Shown: piece after piece, positions 41,400 to 50,483 of the stretch
Numbering within the stretch: the stretch's first letter is position 1
Layout: the number at the start of each line of letters is the position of its first letter
Assembly (NCBI GenBank): GCA_944325035.1
Contig: CALUYM010000002.1
Span: 7,329-71,328, forward strand
DNA length: 64,000 nucleotides
From: an uncultured Anaeroplasmataceae bacterium
Lineage (GTDB): Bacteria > Bacillota_I > Bacilli_A > Acholeplasmatales > Anaeroplasmataceae
Direction: 5' to 3'
Notes under the pieces: generated by a model
Database searches by the model: none
What the model saw: the letters and a program-made list of their open reading frames with translations, nothing else
Told to the model about the DNA's origin: nothing
Position numbers and translations under genes: made by a program

Positions 41400-41642
41400 T
41401 TGTTGTTAAAATACATTATAAAAATTGATGGTATGAAGTGTGGTATGTGTGCAGCTCATATTGCTAATATAGTTAGGAAAACTATTTCAATAAAAAAGGT
41501 TAAAGTAAGTCATAAAAAAAATACTTGTATAATAATAACAGGTGCTGATATTGAATTAGTTATAAAAGAAATTGAGAATATGGGATATAAAGTTACTGAT
41601 ATAAAGCAAGAAGAATATAAAAAAAGAAGGTTATTTTGGTGA
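41400..41642 (+). CDS. Heavy-metal-associated (HMA) domain protein
   Basis: GMKCGMCAAHI is an MxCxxC metal-binding motif. 80 aa with a TTG start. Confidence 0.6.
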   Translation: MLLKYIIKIDGMKCGMCAAHIANIVRKTISIKKVKVSHKKNTCIIITGADIELVIKEIENMGYKVTDIKQEEYKKRRLFW

Positions 41643-41797
41643 TAATTGTCTTAACGATGTTTTTATTCACCTATTTTACAAGTCTCATTAGAAATATTTT
41701 GTTAAAAAAGACGCAAAAATTTCTTTCAATAAAAATATTTATATCTTTAGCTTTAACAATTACAGGATGTATCTTTTCATATTTTTATTATAAATAA
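41639..41797 (+). CDS. Possible 52-aa two-TM small membrane protein (not in the ORF track)
   Basis: A GTG overlaps the HMA stop (TGGTGA). The peptide VIIVLTMFLFTYFTSLIRNILLKK...ISLALTITGCIFSYFYYK has two hydrophobic segments, and a hairpin terminator (AGTTACAC/GTGTAACT) follows immediately. Confidence 0.3.
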   Translation: MIIVLTMFLFTYFTSLIRNILLKKTQKFLSIKIFISLALTITGCIFSYFYYK

Positions 41798-42003
41798 AAG
41801 AGTTACACTGAATTTAAGTGTAACTTGATTTTTAAAAGTAAATAGTTTTAAAAAAAGCAGCATTGTTTATCCATGCCGCTTTTTTTATTTAAAATTAATA
41901 ATTCTAAACTTTAAAATTTTTAGAATCATATAGTTATCAAAAATATGAACAAAGATATTATAAAATTATAGTTTTATATTATCTTAAGTTATTTCACATA
42001 TTA

Positions 42004-42789
42004 TTATTTAATTCGATTAGTAGTTGCTTCATAGATAAGAATGGATGCAGCAACACCAACATTCAAACTATTATTAGATCCATACATTGGAATAAAAACT
42101 TTTTCATGTTTATGCAAATACCAATCAGGATTAATACCAAATCTTTCATTTCCGACAACGATAGCTATTTTACCAGTATAGTCGTATTCTTTATATGATT
42201 TTCCTAAATTTGGTTCACCTAAAAAAATAGTATAGTTATTAGCTAAAAGCCAATTTAAAGCCTCATCAAAATTTGTAGAGACTGTATCAATTAAAAGATT
42301 GCAACCGCGAGCAGAAGATGTCAATTTAGGATTAGTTGGTTTAGTTATAGTATCAACTAAAATCATCCCATCAACTTTAGCAGCATCCATGGTTCGATAA
42401 ATTGTACCAAGATTACCAGGAATTTCAAGAGAATCACAAACAACTAAATATTCTTTTGATTTTAAATCGTCTAACTTTAATTGAGGATTCCTAATAATAG
42501 CCATTAAACCGACACTATTACCTTTTTGCTTAATAGAATCAAATGTTGATTTAGAAATAGTATAAGATTCTTTAGAAATCTTTATCAGATGATTAATTAA
42601 TTCCATAGTTTGAGGTTGGTAGCAAAGCTCATCGCAATATAAAAAACTTTCAACTTCAATTGGATAATTTTTTGTTAAAGATAATACTGACAAGTCATCA
42701 ACAAAGATTAAATCATTTGTCTTATTATTCTTTTCTAATTCTTTAAATTTTTGAAAAATAGGATTAGAACGAGAGATCTTATTAAGCAT
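42004..42789 (-). CDS. TrmH/SpoU family RNA 2'-O-methyltransferase
   Basis: SPOUT motifs PGNLGTIYRT, VVGNERFGI and LNVGVAASILIYE. Confidence 0.8.
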   Translation of the reverse strand: MLNKISRSNPIFQKFKELEKNNKTNDLIFVDDLSVLSLTKNYPIEVESFLYCDELCYQPQTMELINHLIKISKESYTISKSTFDSIKQKGNSVGLMAIIRNPQLKLDDLKSKEYLVVCDSLEIPGNLGTIYRTMDAAKVDGMILVDTITKPTNPKLTSSARGCNLLIDTVSTNFDEALNWLLANNYTIFLGEPNLGKSYKEYDYTGKIAIVVGNERFGINPDWYLHKHEKVFIPMYGSNNSLNVGVAASILIYEATTNRIK

Positions 42790-42790
42790 T

Positions 42791-43156
42791 TTAAACTTCT
42801 CCTAAATACTTTTTAATTGCCTCAAAAGATTCATCAGATAAAACATGTTCAATTCGACAGGCATCAATTTTAGCTTGTTCTAAAGAAACTCCGTATGATA
42901 CTAATAATTTAGTGATTATTTTTTCTTTTTCATATGTTTTACTGGCAATTTCAAATCCTTTTTCTGTCAATTCAATTGAACCATTTTCAGCGATAGTAAT
43001 GTATCCATTTTCTTTAAGATTCTTCATAGCAATACTTATACTTGGTTTTGAAAAGTTTAACTCATTGGCAATATCAATTGCACGTACTCGTGGCATAGTT
43101 TCTTTTAGCTTTAGAATACTTTCTAGATAGTTTTCAGCAGATTCTTGAATTTTCAC
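42791..43156 (-). CDS. DtxR/MntR family metal-dependent transcriptional regulator (short form)
   Basis: N-terminus ESAENYLESILKL...VRAIDIANELNFSKPSISIAMKNLKENGYI is the typical DtxR-type HTH. 121 aa. Confidence 0.8.
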   Translation of the reverse strand: MKIQESAENYLESILKLKETMPRVRAIDIANELNFSKPSISIAMKNLKENGYITIAENGSIELTEKGFEIASKTYEKEKIITKLLVSYGVSLEQAKIDACRIEHVLSDESFEAIKKYLGEV

Positions 43157-43218
43157 AATATCAACTCCATATTGCTAATTATAGCATAAGTTGACGTATT
43201 TTAAAATTAGAAAGTAAG

Positions 43219-43437
43219 CTATTTATCACTTAGATCATCGTTTTGCGTACGAATATCATTAAATTTGTTATTCGTTGGGCTTAACATATCTGGATCTTTA
43301 TCAATTTCTCTAATTGCAGAATCAGCGAAATCTATTCCTAAACTATCGGCAATTTCATGATTAACTTCATCTTTATATTGACCTATTAAACGTTCATCCA
43401 TCATTGTATCTGGAAAATTATATTTTTTTCTATGCAT
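43219..43437 (-). CDS. Hypothetical small acidic protein
   Basis: 72-aa ORF with GGTGGTGA upstream of its ATG on the minus strand. I recognised no family. Confidence 0.4.
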   Translation of the reverse strand: MHRKKYNFPDTMMDERLIGQYKDEVNHEIADSLGIDFADSAIREIDKDPDMLSPTNNKFNDIRTQNDDLSDK

Positions 43438-43512
43438 CTTATCACCACCATTTTATTATGGTTAAAAATAAAATAAAAAAGCTCCCAAAAATTGGAAGCT
43501 TTAAATTAAATC

Positions 43513-44112
43513 TTATCTGTTGTAGAATTCTACGATTAATTGTTCTTTAATATCCTTTAAGAATTCATCTCTTTCAGGAACTCTTACCAATGAACCACTT
43601 AATGTATTTTCATCAAATGATACATATTCAGGACGAGATACAGTGCTTTCTAAAGAAGAAGTAACGATTACAAACTTCTTAGCTGCATCTTTTAATGAAA
43701 TAGTTTGACCTGGTCTTAAACGGTATGAAGGAATATCTACTTTCTTACCATCAACTAAAATATGACCATGGTTAACGATTTGACGAGCTTGAGCACGAGT
43801 ACGAGCAAAACCTAAACGATAAACAATGTTATCAAGACGGCATTCTAATAACTTTAAGAAGTTTTCACCAGTCTTACCTGACATTTTTGATGCATCATTG
43901 AAAATCTTTCTGAATTGCTTTTCAGAAACACCATAAGTGAATCTTACTCTTTGTTTTTCTTGTTGTTGGATACCATATTCCTTTAATTTTGATCTACTTT
44001 GACCATGTTGTCCTGGAGCATAGTTTCTCTTAACTAGTTCCTTACCAGTTTCGCTGATTGAATAACCAAGACGACGAGAAATCTTCCAACTTGGACCTGT
44101 ATAACGTGACAT
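43513..44112 (-). CDS. rpsD: 30S ribosomal protein S4
   Basis: [16 protein letters not shown]... followed by an S4 RNA-binding domain ([33 protein letters not shown]). Confidence 0.97.
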   Translation of the reverse strand: MSRYTGPSWKISRRLGYSISETGKELVKRNYAPGQHGQSRSKLKEYGIQQQEKQRVRFTYGVSEKQFRKIFNDASKMSGKTGENFLKLLECRLDNIVYRLGFARTRAQARQIVNHGHILVDGKKVDIPSYRLRPGQTISLKDAAKKFVIVTSSLESTVSRPEYVSFDENTLSGSLVRVPERDEFLKDIKEQLIVEFYNR

Positions 44113-44288
44113 AATTAAAATCCTCCTATATGTCTATTTTTTAAATAGGCAAAAAGAATCGATATTGCTTATATTTAAGGATATCACAATTACCACTTTT
44201 CATCTAAAGCAGCCGAGATTACTAAGTGCCTCCTATAGGGATTGGATATTGACTTAAAAAGATAAACAACTTGCTGCTTTTTACCTAC
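44113..44288 (-). promoter_or_regulatory. Long rpsD 5' leader, a candidate S4 autoregulatory leader
   Basis: About 175 nt lie between the predicted promoter and the start codon. Long-range complementarity AAAGCAGC / GCTGCTTT is present. Firmicute rpsD genes are known to carry S4-binding leaders. Confidence 0.4.
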
Positions 44289-44294
44289 CGCTAA

Positions 44295-44323
44295 ATTATA
44301 CTAGATATTTAGATGCTAGTCAA
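44295..44323 (-). promoter_or_regulatory. Sigma-A-type promoter of rpsD
   Basis: On the minus strand: TTGACT (44323-44318), a 17-nt spacer, then TATAAT (44300-44295). Confidence 0.55.
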
Positions 44324-44402
44324 GAAAAATGTGAAAAAACCGATGGTCAAACACACATATTTAAGTTATAATATGTAATAAATATTAAATGAGGTTGATT
44401 TT

Positions 44403-45055
44403 ATGAAAATTAATAATCAAGATATTAAAGGAGTAATTTTTGATTTAGATGGAACTTTACTAGACTCATGTGGAATATGGCATGACATTGATGTTGAATT
44501 TTTTAAAATGCATAATTTAGAACTTCCTTCAGACTATAGTAAAGAGATTGCGCATTTGGGATTGAAAAATGCAGCACAATATACGAAAAAAGATTTAATC
44601 TTATAGATAGTGAAGAAGAAATAATTAAAACATGGGATAATATGGCTGTTTATGAATACGAAAACAATGTATCATTAAAGCCCTATGCCAAAGAATATTT
44701 AAAAAAGCTTAAAACTAACGGAGTAAAATTAGCTATAGCTACTGCCAATAGCGAAAAATATTATATTCCATGTTTAAAAAAATATAAAATTTTGGATTAT
44801 TTTGATCATATCTACGATGTTTCTAAAACAAATGGTGGGAAGGAAAGTCCAGATATCTATTTAAATATTTTAAAAGATATGGGATTTAAAGCTTCTGAGG
44901 TAGCAGTTTTTGAAGATATCCCTAGAGCAATTAAGACGGCAAAAGATGCTGGATTTTACGTAGTAGCTGTGGATGATATTACCGAAGTGGATGATATTAA
45001 CTTAAAAAAAGAGTTAGCTGATTTATTTATAGAATCATTTGAGAGTTTATTATGA
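44403..45055 (+). pseudogene. HAD-IA hydrolase split by a frameshift at a poly-A tract
   Basis: ORF 44403..44606 carries motif I (VIFDLDGTLLDS). ORF 44642..45055 carries the cap and motifs III-IV (GKESPDIY, FEDIPRAIKTAKDAG). The second frame is already open from 44543, so the two overlap around CGAAAAAAGA (44585-44592). Confidence 0.7.
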
Positions 45056-45759
45056 TTAAAGCAATAATTTTTGATTTAGATGGAACAATATTAAATACCT
45101 TAACTGATTTAAATAAAGCATTAAATTATGCTTTAGCTAAAGTTGGTTTTTCAAATGTTACACTTGAAGAAACTCGTTCCTTTCTAGGAAATGGTATCAA
45201 ATCATTAGTTTTAGCCGGATTAAAAGGAAATATTGAAAAATTAGATGAAGCATATCAAGCTTTTCAATGGTATTATAAAAGACATATATCAGATTATTCA
45301 AAACCTTATTCAGGCATAGTTGAATTACTTAACAAACTAAAAGAAAAAAATATTAAATTAGCTGTCTTATCAAACAAGCAAGAAAAATTTTTAAAACAGT
45401 TAGTTTCAATTCATTTTCCTGACTTGTTTTTAAAAGTTATCGGTGATAAGCCTAATCAAAAACGAAAACCTAATCCAGATAGTCTTATAAAACTCATGGA
45501 TTCATTAAAGGTTAATCCTTCAGAAGTTATTTATATTGGTGATAGTGAAGTAGATGTAGAAACAACTATCAATGCTAAAATTTCAGGTGTTTTTGTTAGT
45601 TATGGTTTTAGAAACAAAAAAGATTTAGAAAAAATAGCTAATGTTAAAATTTGTGAAAATGTTTGTGAACTGGAAATGTATTTATTAAGTAAATTGGAAA
45701 ATGATAAACTTAGTACTTCTAAACATATCTTAGGCTTAAATGAATTAGAAGATAATTAA
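45052..45759 (+). CDS. HAD family hydrolase (phosphoglycolate phosphatase-like)
   Basis: IIFDLDGTILNT, LSNK, KRKPNPD and GDSEVDV motifs. Confidence 0.8.
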   Translation: MIKAIIFDLDGTILNTLTDLNKALNYALAKVGFSNVTLEETRSFLGNGIKSLVLAGLKGNIEKLDEAYQAFQWYYKRHISDYSKPYSGIVELLNKLKEKNIKLAVLSNKQEKFLKQLVSIHFPDLFLKVIGDKPNQKRKPNPDSLIKLMDSLKVNPSEVIYIGDSEVDVETTINAKISGVFVSYGFRNKKDLEKIANVKICENVCELEMYLLSKLENDKLSTSKHILGLNELEDN

Positions 45760-45831
45760 ATAAAGATTAAGTGTTTTTCTTTAGGCTTTACGATTTATTT
45801 AAAGTTATACAAAATAAGTTTAATAAAAATA

Positions 45832-45867
45832 GGCTCTAAACTGCTTTTAATGTGCTAGTTTAGAGCC
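45832..45867. terminator. Bidirectional terminator between the HAD and aldo/keto reductase genes
   Basis: 11-bp stem GGCTCTAAACT / AGTTTAGAGCC with A/T runs on both sides. Confidence 0.65.
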
Positions 45868-45873
45868 TTTCTT

Positions 45874-46722
45874 TTAATAGTTAATATTATCGATATCTTT
45901 TAATGGGGCTAAATAATTAGGAAGAGTATCGATTATATCCATATCTTCTTTCGATAGCTCAAAATCAAACACTTCACTATTTTGGATAATTCTTTCTTTG
46001 TGGGTACTCTTAGGAAGAGGTAAAAATCCTTTTTGCAATGAATAACGGATACATATTTGAGCAATTGATTTTCCATATTTTTCAGCTAGTTTAGCTAATT
46101 CTTGTACTTCAAAAATCTTTCCAGTTCCAAGAGGAGAATATGCTTCTAATAAGATATTGTTTCTTTCACAAAACTCACACACTTCTTTTTGAATCAAACC
46201 AGGATGCAGTTTAATTTGATTAACTTGTGGTTTTATAGTAACATTTTTCATCAAATCTTCTAAGTGATGAATTAAAAAGTTAGAAACACCAATTGCTCTA
46301 ATTTTACCTTCTTTGACTAAATCTTCCATAGCACGATAGGATTCAACATTTAAGGCTAAATGATTTTCACGATATTTGACAGGATTTGGCCAGTGAATTA
46401 GATATAAGTCAAGATAATCAACACCTAATTTACGCATTGATTCTAAACATGCCGCTTTTGTATCTTCGTAACCACGAACATCATTCCAAAGTTTAGTTGT
46501 AATAAAGATTTCTTCACGAGAAATCCCACTATCTTTAATTGCCTTTCCTACCATTTCTTCATTTTTATATACTGCTGCTGTATCAATATGTCTATACCCA
46601 GATTCTAAAGCCCAAAGTACTGAATTATACGCTTCTTCACCTGTACTTTGCCAAGTCCCAAAGCCAATACAAGGAATTTTAACACCATTATTTAAAACAT
46701 AAGTATCAGTTAATTTTTTCAT
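45874..46722 (-). CDS. Aldo/keto reductase
   Basis: GFGTW, HIDTAAVYKNE, LYLIHWP and SNF motifs. 282 aa. Confidence 0.9.
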   Translation of the reverse strand: MKKLTDTYVLNNGVKIPCIGFGTWQSTGEEAYNSVLWALESGYRHIDTAAVYKNEEMVGKAIKDSGISREEIFITTKLWNDVRGYEDTKAACLESMRKLGVDYLDLYLIHWPNPVKYRENHLALNVESYRAMEDLVKEGKIRAIGVSNFLIHHLEDLMKNVTIKPQVNQIKLHPGLIQKEVCEFCERNNILLEAYSPLGTGKIFEVQELAKLAEKYGKSIAQICIRYSLQKGFLPLPKSTHKERIIQNSEVFDFELSKEDMDIIDTLPNYLAPLKDIDNINY

Positions 46723-46920
46723 AAATCAATCTCCTTTGTAGTTATTAATTTTTTAAATGTGAAATATTTTGTATACTATTTTCAAGCTAATTTAAAATCC
46801 TAAAAATTAAATCTATTCCAGTTAAATTATATCATAAGTTAAAAATTTAAAAAACAAAATTAACTAGATTAGTTTAAATATACTATTAAAATAAAAAAGT
46901 AAAACTCACTTTAATGAGTT

Positions 46921-47574
46921 TTACTCCTTATCTAGATATTTAATTGCTTTTAAAAGTCCATCGAAAAAAACAGCACCAATACCATTACCCAATGCCATTA
47001 AGGCAAAGTATCCAATAACTTTTAAATTAAATACACCAGCATATGTATAATAGCATGCATTAGCAATAACGTGTTCAAAGCTTAAAAGAATGAAAACAAC
47101 AATTGGGATAAACGCAAATAAAACTTTACCTAATGGGTTTGTAGAATGTTCATAACCACAAACTGCAATATAAATAACAATACCACATAAGATTGATAAA
47201 AATAAAATGCTATACCATGTATCATTTTGTTTAGCTGCTACAATACTTGATGCAGCATTTTCTAATGCATCACCAGCACGAGTTAATTTAATAAATGCGG
47301 CCAATAAAACAGTTCCTAAAATATTAAAGATAAAACATACTGCCAAATCAAGAAAATATTTAGGCTTATTATTTAAAATGTTTCCAACTTTACCAGTGTA
47401 TAACCAAAATTTTAAACTTAAAATTGTAAAAAAGCCAAAACAAAATAAGAAAGAACCTACAATCTTCAACCCATATGAACCTTGACTTGAACACATTAAA
47501 TAAGTACTAGCTCCTAAAGTTATACAGAAGCCAGCTAAAATAGAACTAATAATAATTTTAAAATACTTCTTCAT
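46921..47574 (-). CDS. Formate/nitrite transporter (FNT) family protein
   Basis: FEHVIAN signature and six TM segments. ATG 47574 (MKKYFK) follows GGAG. Confidence 0.7.
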   Translation of the reverse strand: MKKYFKIIISSILAGFCITLGASTYLMCSSQGSYGLKIVGSFLFCFGFFTILSLKFWLYTGKVGNILNNKPKYFLDLAVCFIFNILGTVLLAAFIKLTRAGDALENAASSIVAAKQNDTWYSILFLSILCGIVIYIAVCGYEHSTNPLGKVLFAFIPIVVFILLSFEHVIANACYYTYAGVFNLKVIGYFALMALGNGIGAVFFDGLLKAIKYLDKE

Positions 47575-47641
47575 AATCAATAACTCCAATTCCTTAAAAT
47601 TTTACTAGCAAAGGAATAATTTGTAAAGTGGAATTTTACTA

Positions 47642-48100
47642 TTATATGAATTTTAATAGTATTTTTTCAATTATTTTTGTAAATTTTTCTAAACCAATTT
47701 TATCTTCATTGGAAAAATTAGCAATAAGGTAAGAATCGATATCTAGTACGCCATAAAATTGATTTCCTTTACTGATGGGAATTACTATTTCAGAATTAGA
47801 ACGGTTATCGCAGGCAATGTGTCCATCAAAATCATGAACATTGTCAACTAAAATGGTTTCATTTTGTAAAAATGCCTTTCCACAAACACCTTTTCCTCTT
47901 TTGATTTCAGTACATGCCATAAGTCCTTGAAACGGTCCTAATACTAGTGTATCATCTTTAGCTAAATAAAAACCTACCCAGTTGATATTCTCTAAGTGCA
48001 TATTTAAAAGAGCTGATGCATTAGCAAGCAGACTTATTTCATGGCTAATAGGGGTTAATAGTTCTATTGCCTGTTTATTTAAAATTTCATAATTTATCAT
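47642..48100 (-). CDS. GAF domain protein (free methionine-(R)-sulfoxide reductase-like)
   Basis: WVGFYL, LGPFQG..AC, GKGVCG, GHIACD, SEIVIPI and VLDIDS. ATG 48100 follows AGGTGA. Confidence 0.75.
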   Translation of the reverse strand: MINYEILNKQAIELLTPISHEISLLANASALLNMHLENINWVGFYLAKDDTLVLGPFQGLMACTEIKRGKGVCGKAFLQNETILVDNVHDFDGHIACDNRSNSEIVIPISKGNQFYGVLDIDSYLIANFSNEDKIGLEKFTKIIEKILLKFI

Positions 48101-48232
48101 TTTATCACCTAATTTAAAATTTTTTTGCAAAAGTTACATATAATATAGTTGTTAAAATTATTTATAAGTTTCTTTGACTTTTACTGTCTATTATTATAAA
48201 ATAAGATAGCAAAAAAAGCGAGGAAGATAGTA

Positions 48233-49471
48233 ATGATATATAATCAAATTTTAGTGCGTTTTGGTGATTTAACACTTAAAGGCCGTAATCAAAAAGAATT
48301 TTTAAACCGCGAATATGCTTTAGTAAGACATAAATTAGAAGGTTTAAATGTAAATATTATTAATAAACATGATAGAATTTATATCGATATTTTGGATGAA
48401 GATTATAAAAAAATTATTAATGCTTTAGATAAAGTATCTGGACTAAGTTCATATTCATTATGCTTAAAGTGTGATTCTAATTTAGACGCAATTAAAGAAA
48501 GCGGCTATAATCTAGTTCATGCAGAAATCACCACACCGAAAACATTTAAGATTGAAACACGTCGTGCAAATAAGAAGTTTCCATTAAACAGTTTAGAAGT
48601 AAGTAAGGAAGTATCAGCTTATATTTTAGCAAAAATGGGAATTTTAGAAGTTGATGTAAAAAAACCTCAAGTTACACTAACTATTGAAATTAGAGAAGAT
48701 GCAACATATTTATATTTAGATGCAATTAAAGGTATGGGCGGATTTCCAGTTGGAGTTGCAGGCAAAGGTTTGTTAATGCTATCAGGAGGATTGGATTCAC
48801 CAGTTGCTGGGTATTTAGCTCAAAAACAAGGAATCGAATTAGAATGTGTTCATTTTGAATCGACTCCACTTACCTCTATTGAATCAAGTCAAAAAGTTGT
48901 TGACTTGGTTAAAATTATGAGTGCTTATTCTAAAAATAATAAAACAGCTCTTCATATGGTTCCATTTAAAGAATTGCATATGATGATTCTTGATAAAATT
49001 CCAGATTCTTATAAAATTACTATTATGAGAAGAATGATGTATCGAATTGCGACTAAACTTGCAAAAAAAAGAGATTGTTTATGTATTTTAAACGGAGAAT
49101 CTGTTGGTCAGGTTGCAAGTCAAACTCTACAATCAATGGTTACGATTAATTCGGTTACAAATTATCCAATTGTAAGACCACTTGCAACTTATGACAAAGT
49201 AGATATTGTCGCACTTGCTAGAAAAATTGGCACTTATGATTTATCAATTAAGCCATTTGAAGATTGTTGTACTATTTATGTACCAAGAAATCCAGCAACT
49301 GCTCCAAAATTAGATAAAGCGATTGAATTTGAAAAAGCATTTGATTACGAAGAAATGGTAGATTGGTGTGTTGATAATACCAAAACTATTTATTTAACGC
49401 CAAATAGTGACTTAGATTTATCATTACTTGGTTTAGAAGTGAGAAATGTGTTAGAAGATTTAAAAAAATAG
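48233..49471 (+). CDS. thiI: tRNA 4-thiouridine synthase ThiI
   Basis: N-terminal ferredoxin-like and THUMP region (VRFGDLTLKGRN) and the PP-loop SGGLDSPVA. Confidence 0.9.
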   Translation: MIYNQILVRFGDLTLKGRNQKEFLNREYALVRHKLEGLNVNIINKHDRIYIDILDEDYKKIINALDKVSGLSSYSLCLKCDSNLDAIKESGYNLVHAEITTPKTFKIETRRANKKFPLNSLEVSKEVSAYILAKMGILEVDVKKPQVTLTIEIREDATYLYLDAIKGMGGFPVGVAGKGLLMLSGGLDSPVAGYLAQKQGIELECVHFESTPLTSIESSQKVVDLVKIMSAYSKNNKTALHMVPFKELHMMILDKIPDSYKITIMRRMMYRIATKLAKKRDCLCILNGESVGQVASQTLQSMVTINSVTNYPIVRPLATYDKVDIVALARKIGTYDLSIKPFEDCCTIYVPRNPATAPKLDKAIEFEKAFDYEEMVDWCVDNTKTIYLTPNSDLDLSLLGLEVRNVLEDLKK

Positions 49472-49523
49472 TATAAATTGAACTTTTTCATCCATAATAA
49501 TGGTGAAGGAGGTGCAATTTATA

Positions 49524-49874
49524 ATGGCATCTAATAATAATAACAAAAACAATCAGCAACAACAATCAGTTCAAAATAGTCAATCAACTCCGATGAAGGG
49601 TTCAGGTAACCTTAAATATGAAGTGGCTAATGAACTAGGTGTTGAATTAGGACCGGATACATCGGCTCGTAATAATGGTCGTGTTGGAGGTTCAATTACA
49701 CGTGAACTTGTTAATCGCGGAAAACAATCAACTGATACAAATAGTATGAAATATGAAACAGCATCAGAACTTGGTGTTGAACTAGGACCAGACGCTTCAG
49801 CTCGTTCAAACGGTAGCGTAGGCGGATCAATGACTAAGAAATTAGTTAATAAAGGTAAACAATCAAATAATTAA
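49524..49874 (+). CDS. Alpha/beta-type small acid-soluble spore protein with two tandem SASP domains
   Basis: Two copies of the SASP core (KYEVANELGVELGPDTSARNNGRVGGSITRELV and KYETASELGVELGPDASARSNGSVGGSMTKKLV) follow an N/Q-rich N-terminus. ATG 49524 follows AGGAGG. Confidence 0.8.
   Translation: MASNNNNKNNQQQQSVQNSQSTPMKGSGNLKYEVANELGVELGPDTSARNNGRVGGSITRELVNRGKQSTDTNSMKYETASELGVELGPDASARSNGSVGGSMTKKLVNKGKQSNN
49611..49865 (+). repeat. Intragenic tandem duplication (2 x 40 codons, 45-codon period) within the SASP gene
   Basis: Copy 1 is 49611-49730 and copy 2 is 49746-49865. They are similar at both protein and DNA level. Confidence 0.8.
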
Positions 49875-49882
49875 GGTAAATA

Positions 49883-49908
49883 AGGCTAGGGAAAAATCCT
49901 AGCCTTTT
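49883..49908 (+). terminator. Rho-independent terminator of the SASP gene
   Basis: Stem AGGCTAGG / CCTAGCCT followed by TTTT. Confidence 0.7.
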
Positions 49909-49967
49909 CGCAAAGATTGATTGGACGAACTCTTTTAATTTGATATAATTGAATGAGAGGTTTAAAT

Positions 49968-50483
49968 ATGAAACGATTAATATTTATTGGTGGGCCGATG
50001 GGGGTCGGAAAAACTAGTGTTTCCAAATTGTTACAAACTAAACTTAAAAATACTGTTTATTTAGATGGTGATTGGTGCTGGTTTACTAATCCTTGGATTT
50101 TAACAGATGAAACAAGAAAAATGGTTATTGATAATATTGTGTATTTATTAAATAATTTTATTAAAAATCAAAGTTATGAAAATATTATTTTTTCTTGGAT
50201 TTTATATAGTGATGAGATTATTGGTGAAATTACATCACGTCTTAATATGAATTGTGTATCATTTTATAATTTTTCTTTGATTGCTAGTGAACGTGAGATA
50301 GTTAAAAGATTAAATAAAGATTTAGAAGAAGGCATTAGAAGCGAACATGTGGTGATTGAAAGAAGTTTAGCAAGATTAAAACAATTTAAGGATATTAATA
50401 CTATAAAAATTGATACAAGTTCTTTAAAGATAAAAGAAGTTGTTATAAAGATATTAAATGAAGTTGGTGAAATAAATGATTAG
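49968..50483 (+). CDS. P-loop NTPase/kinase-like protein
   Basis: Walker A GGPMGVGKTS near the N-terminus. About 170 aa. The family was not resolved. Confidence 0.5.
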   Translation: MKRLIFIGGPMGVGKTSVSKLLQTKLKNTVYLDGDWCWFTNPWILTDETRKMVIDNIVYLLNNFIKNQSYENIIFSWILYSDEIIGEITSRLNMNCVSFYNFSLIASEREIVKRLNKDLEEGIRSEHVVIERSLARLKQFKDINTIKIDTSSLKIKEVVIKILNEVGEIND

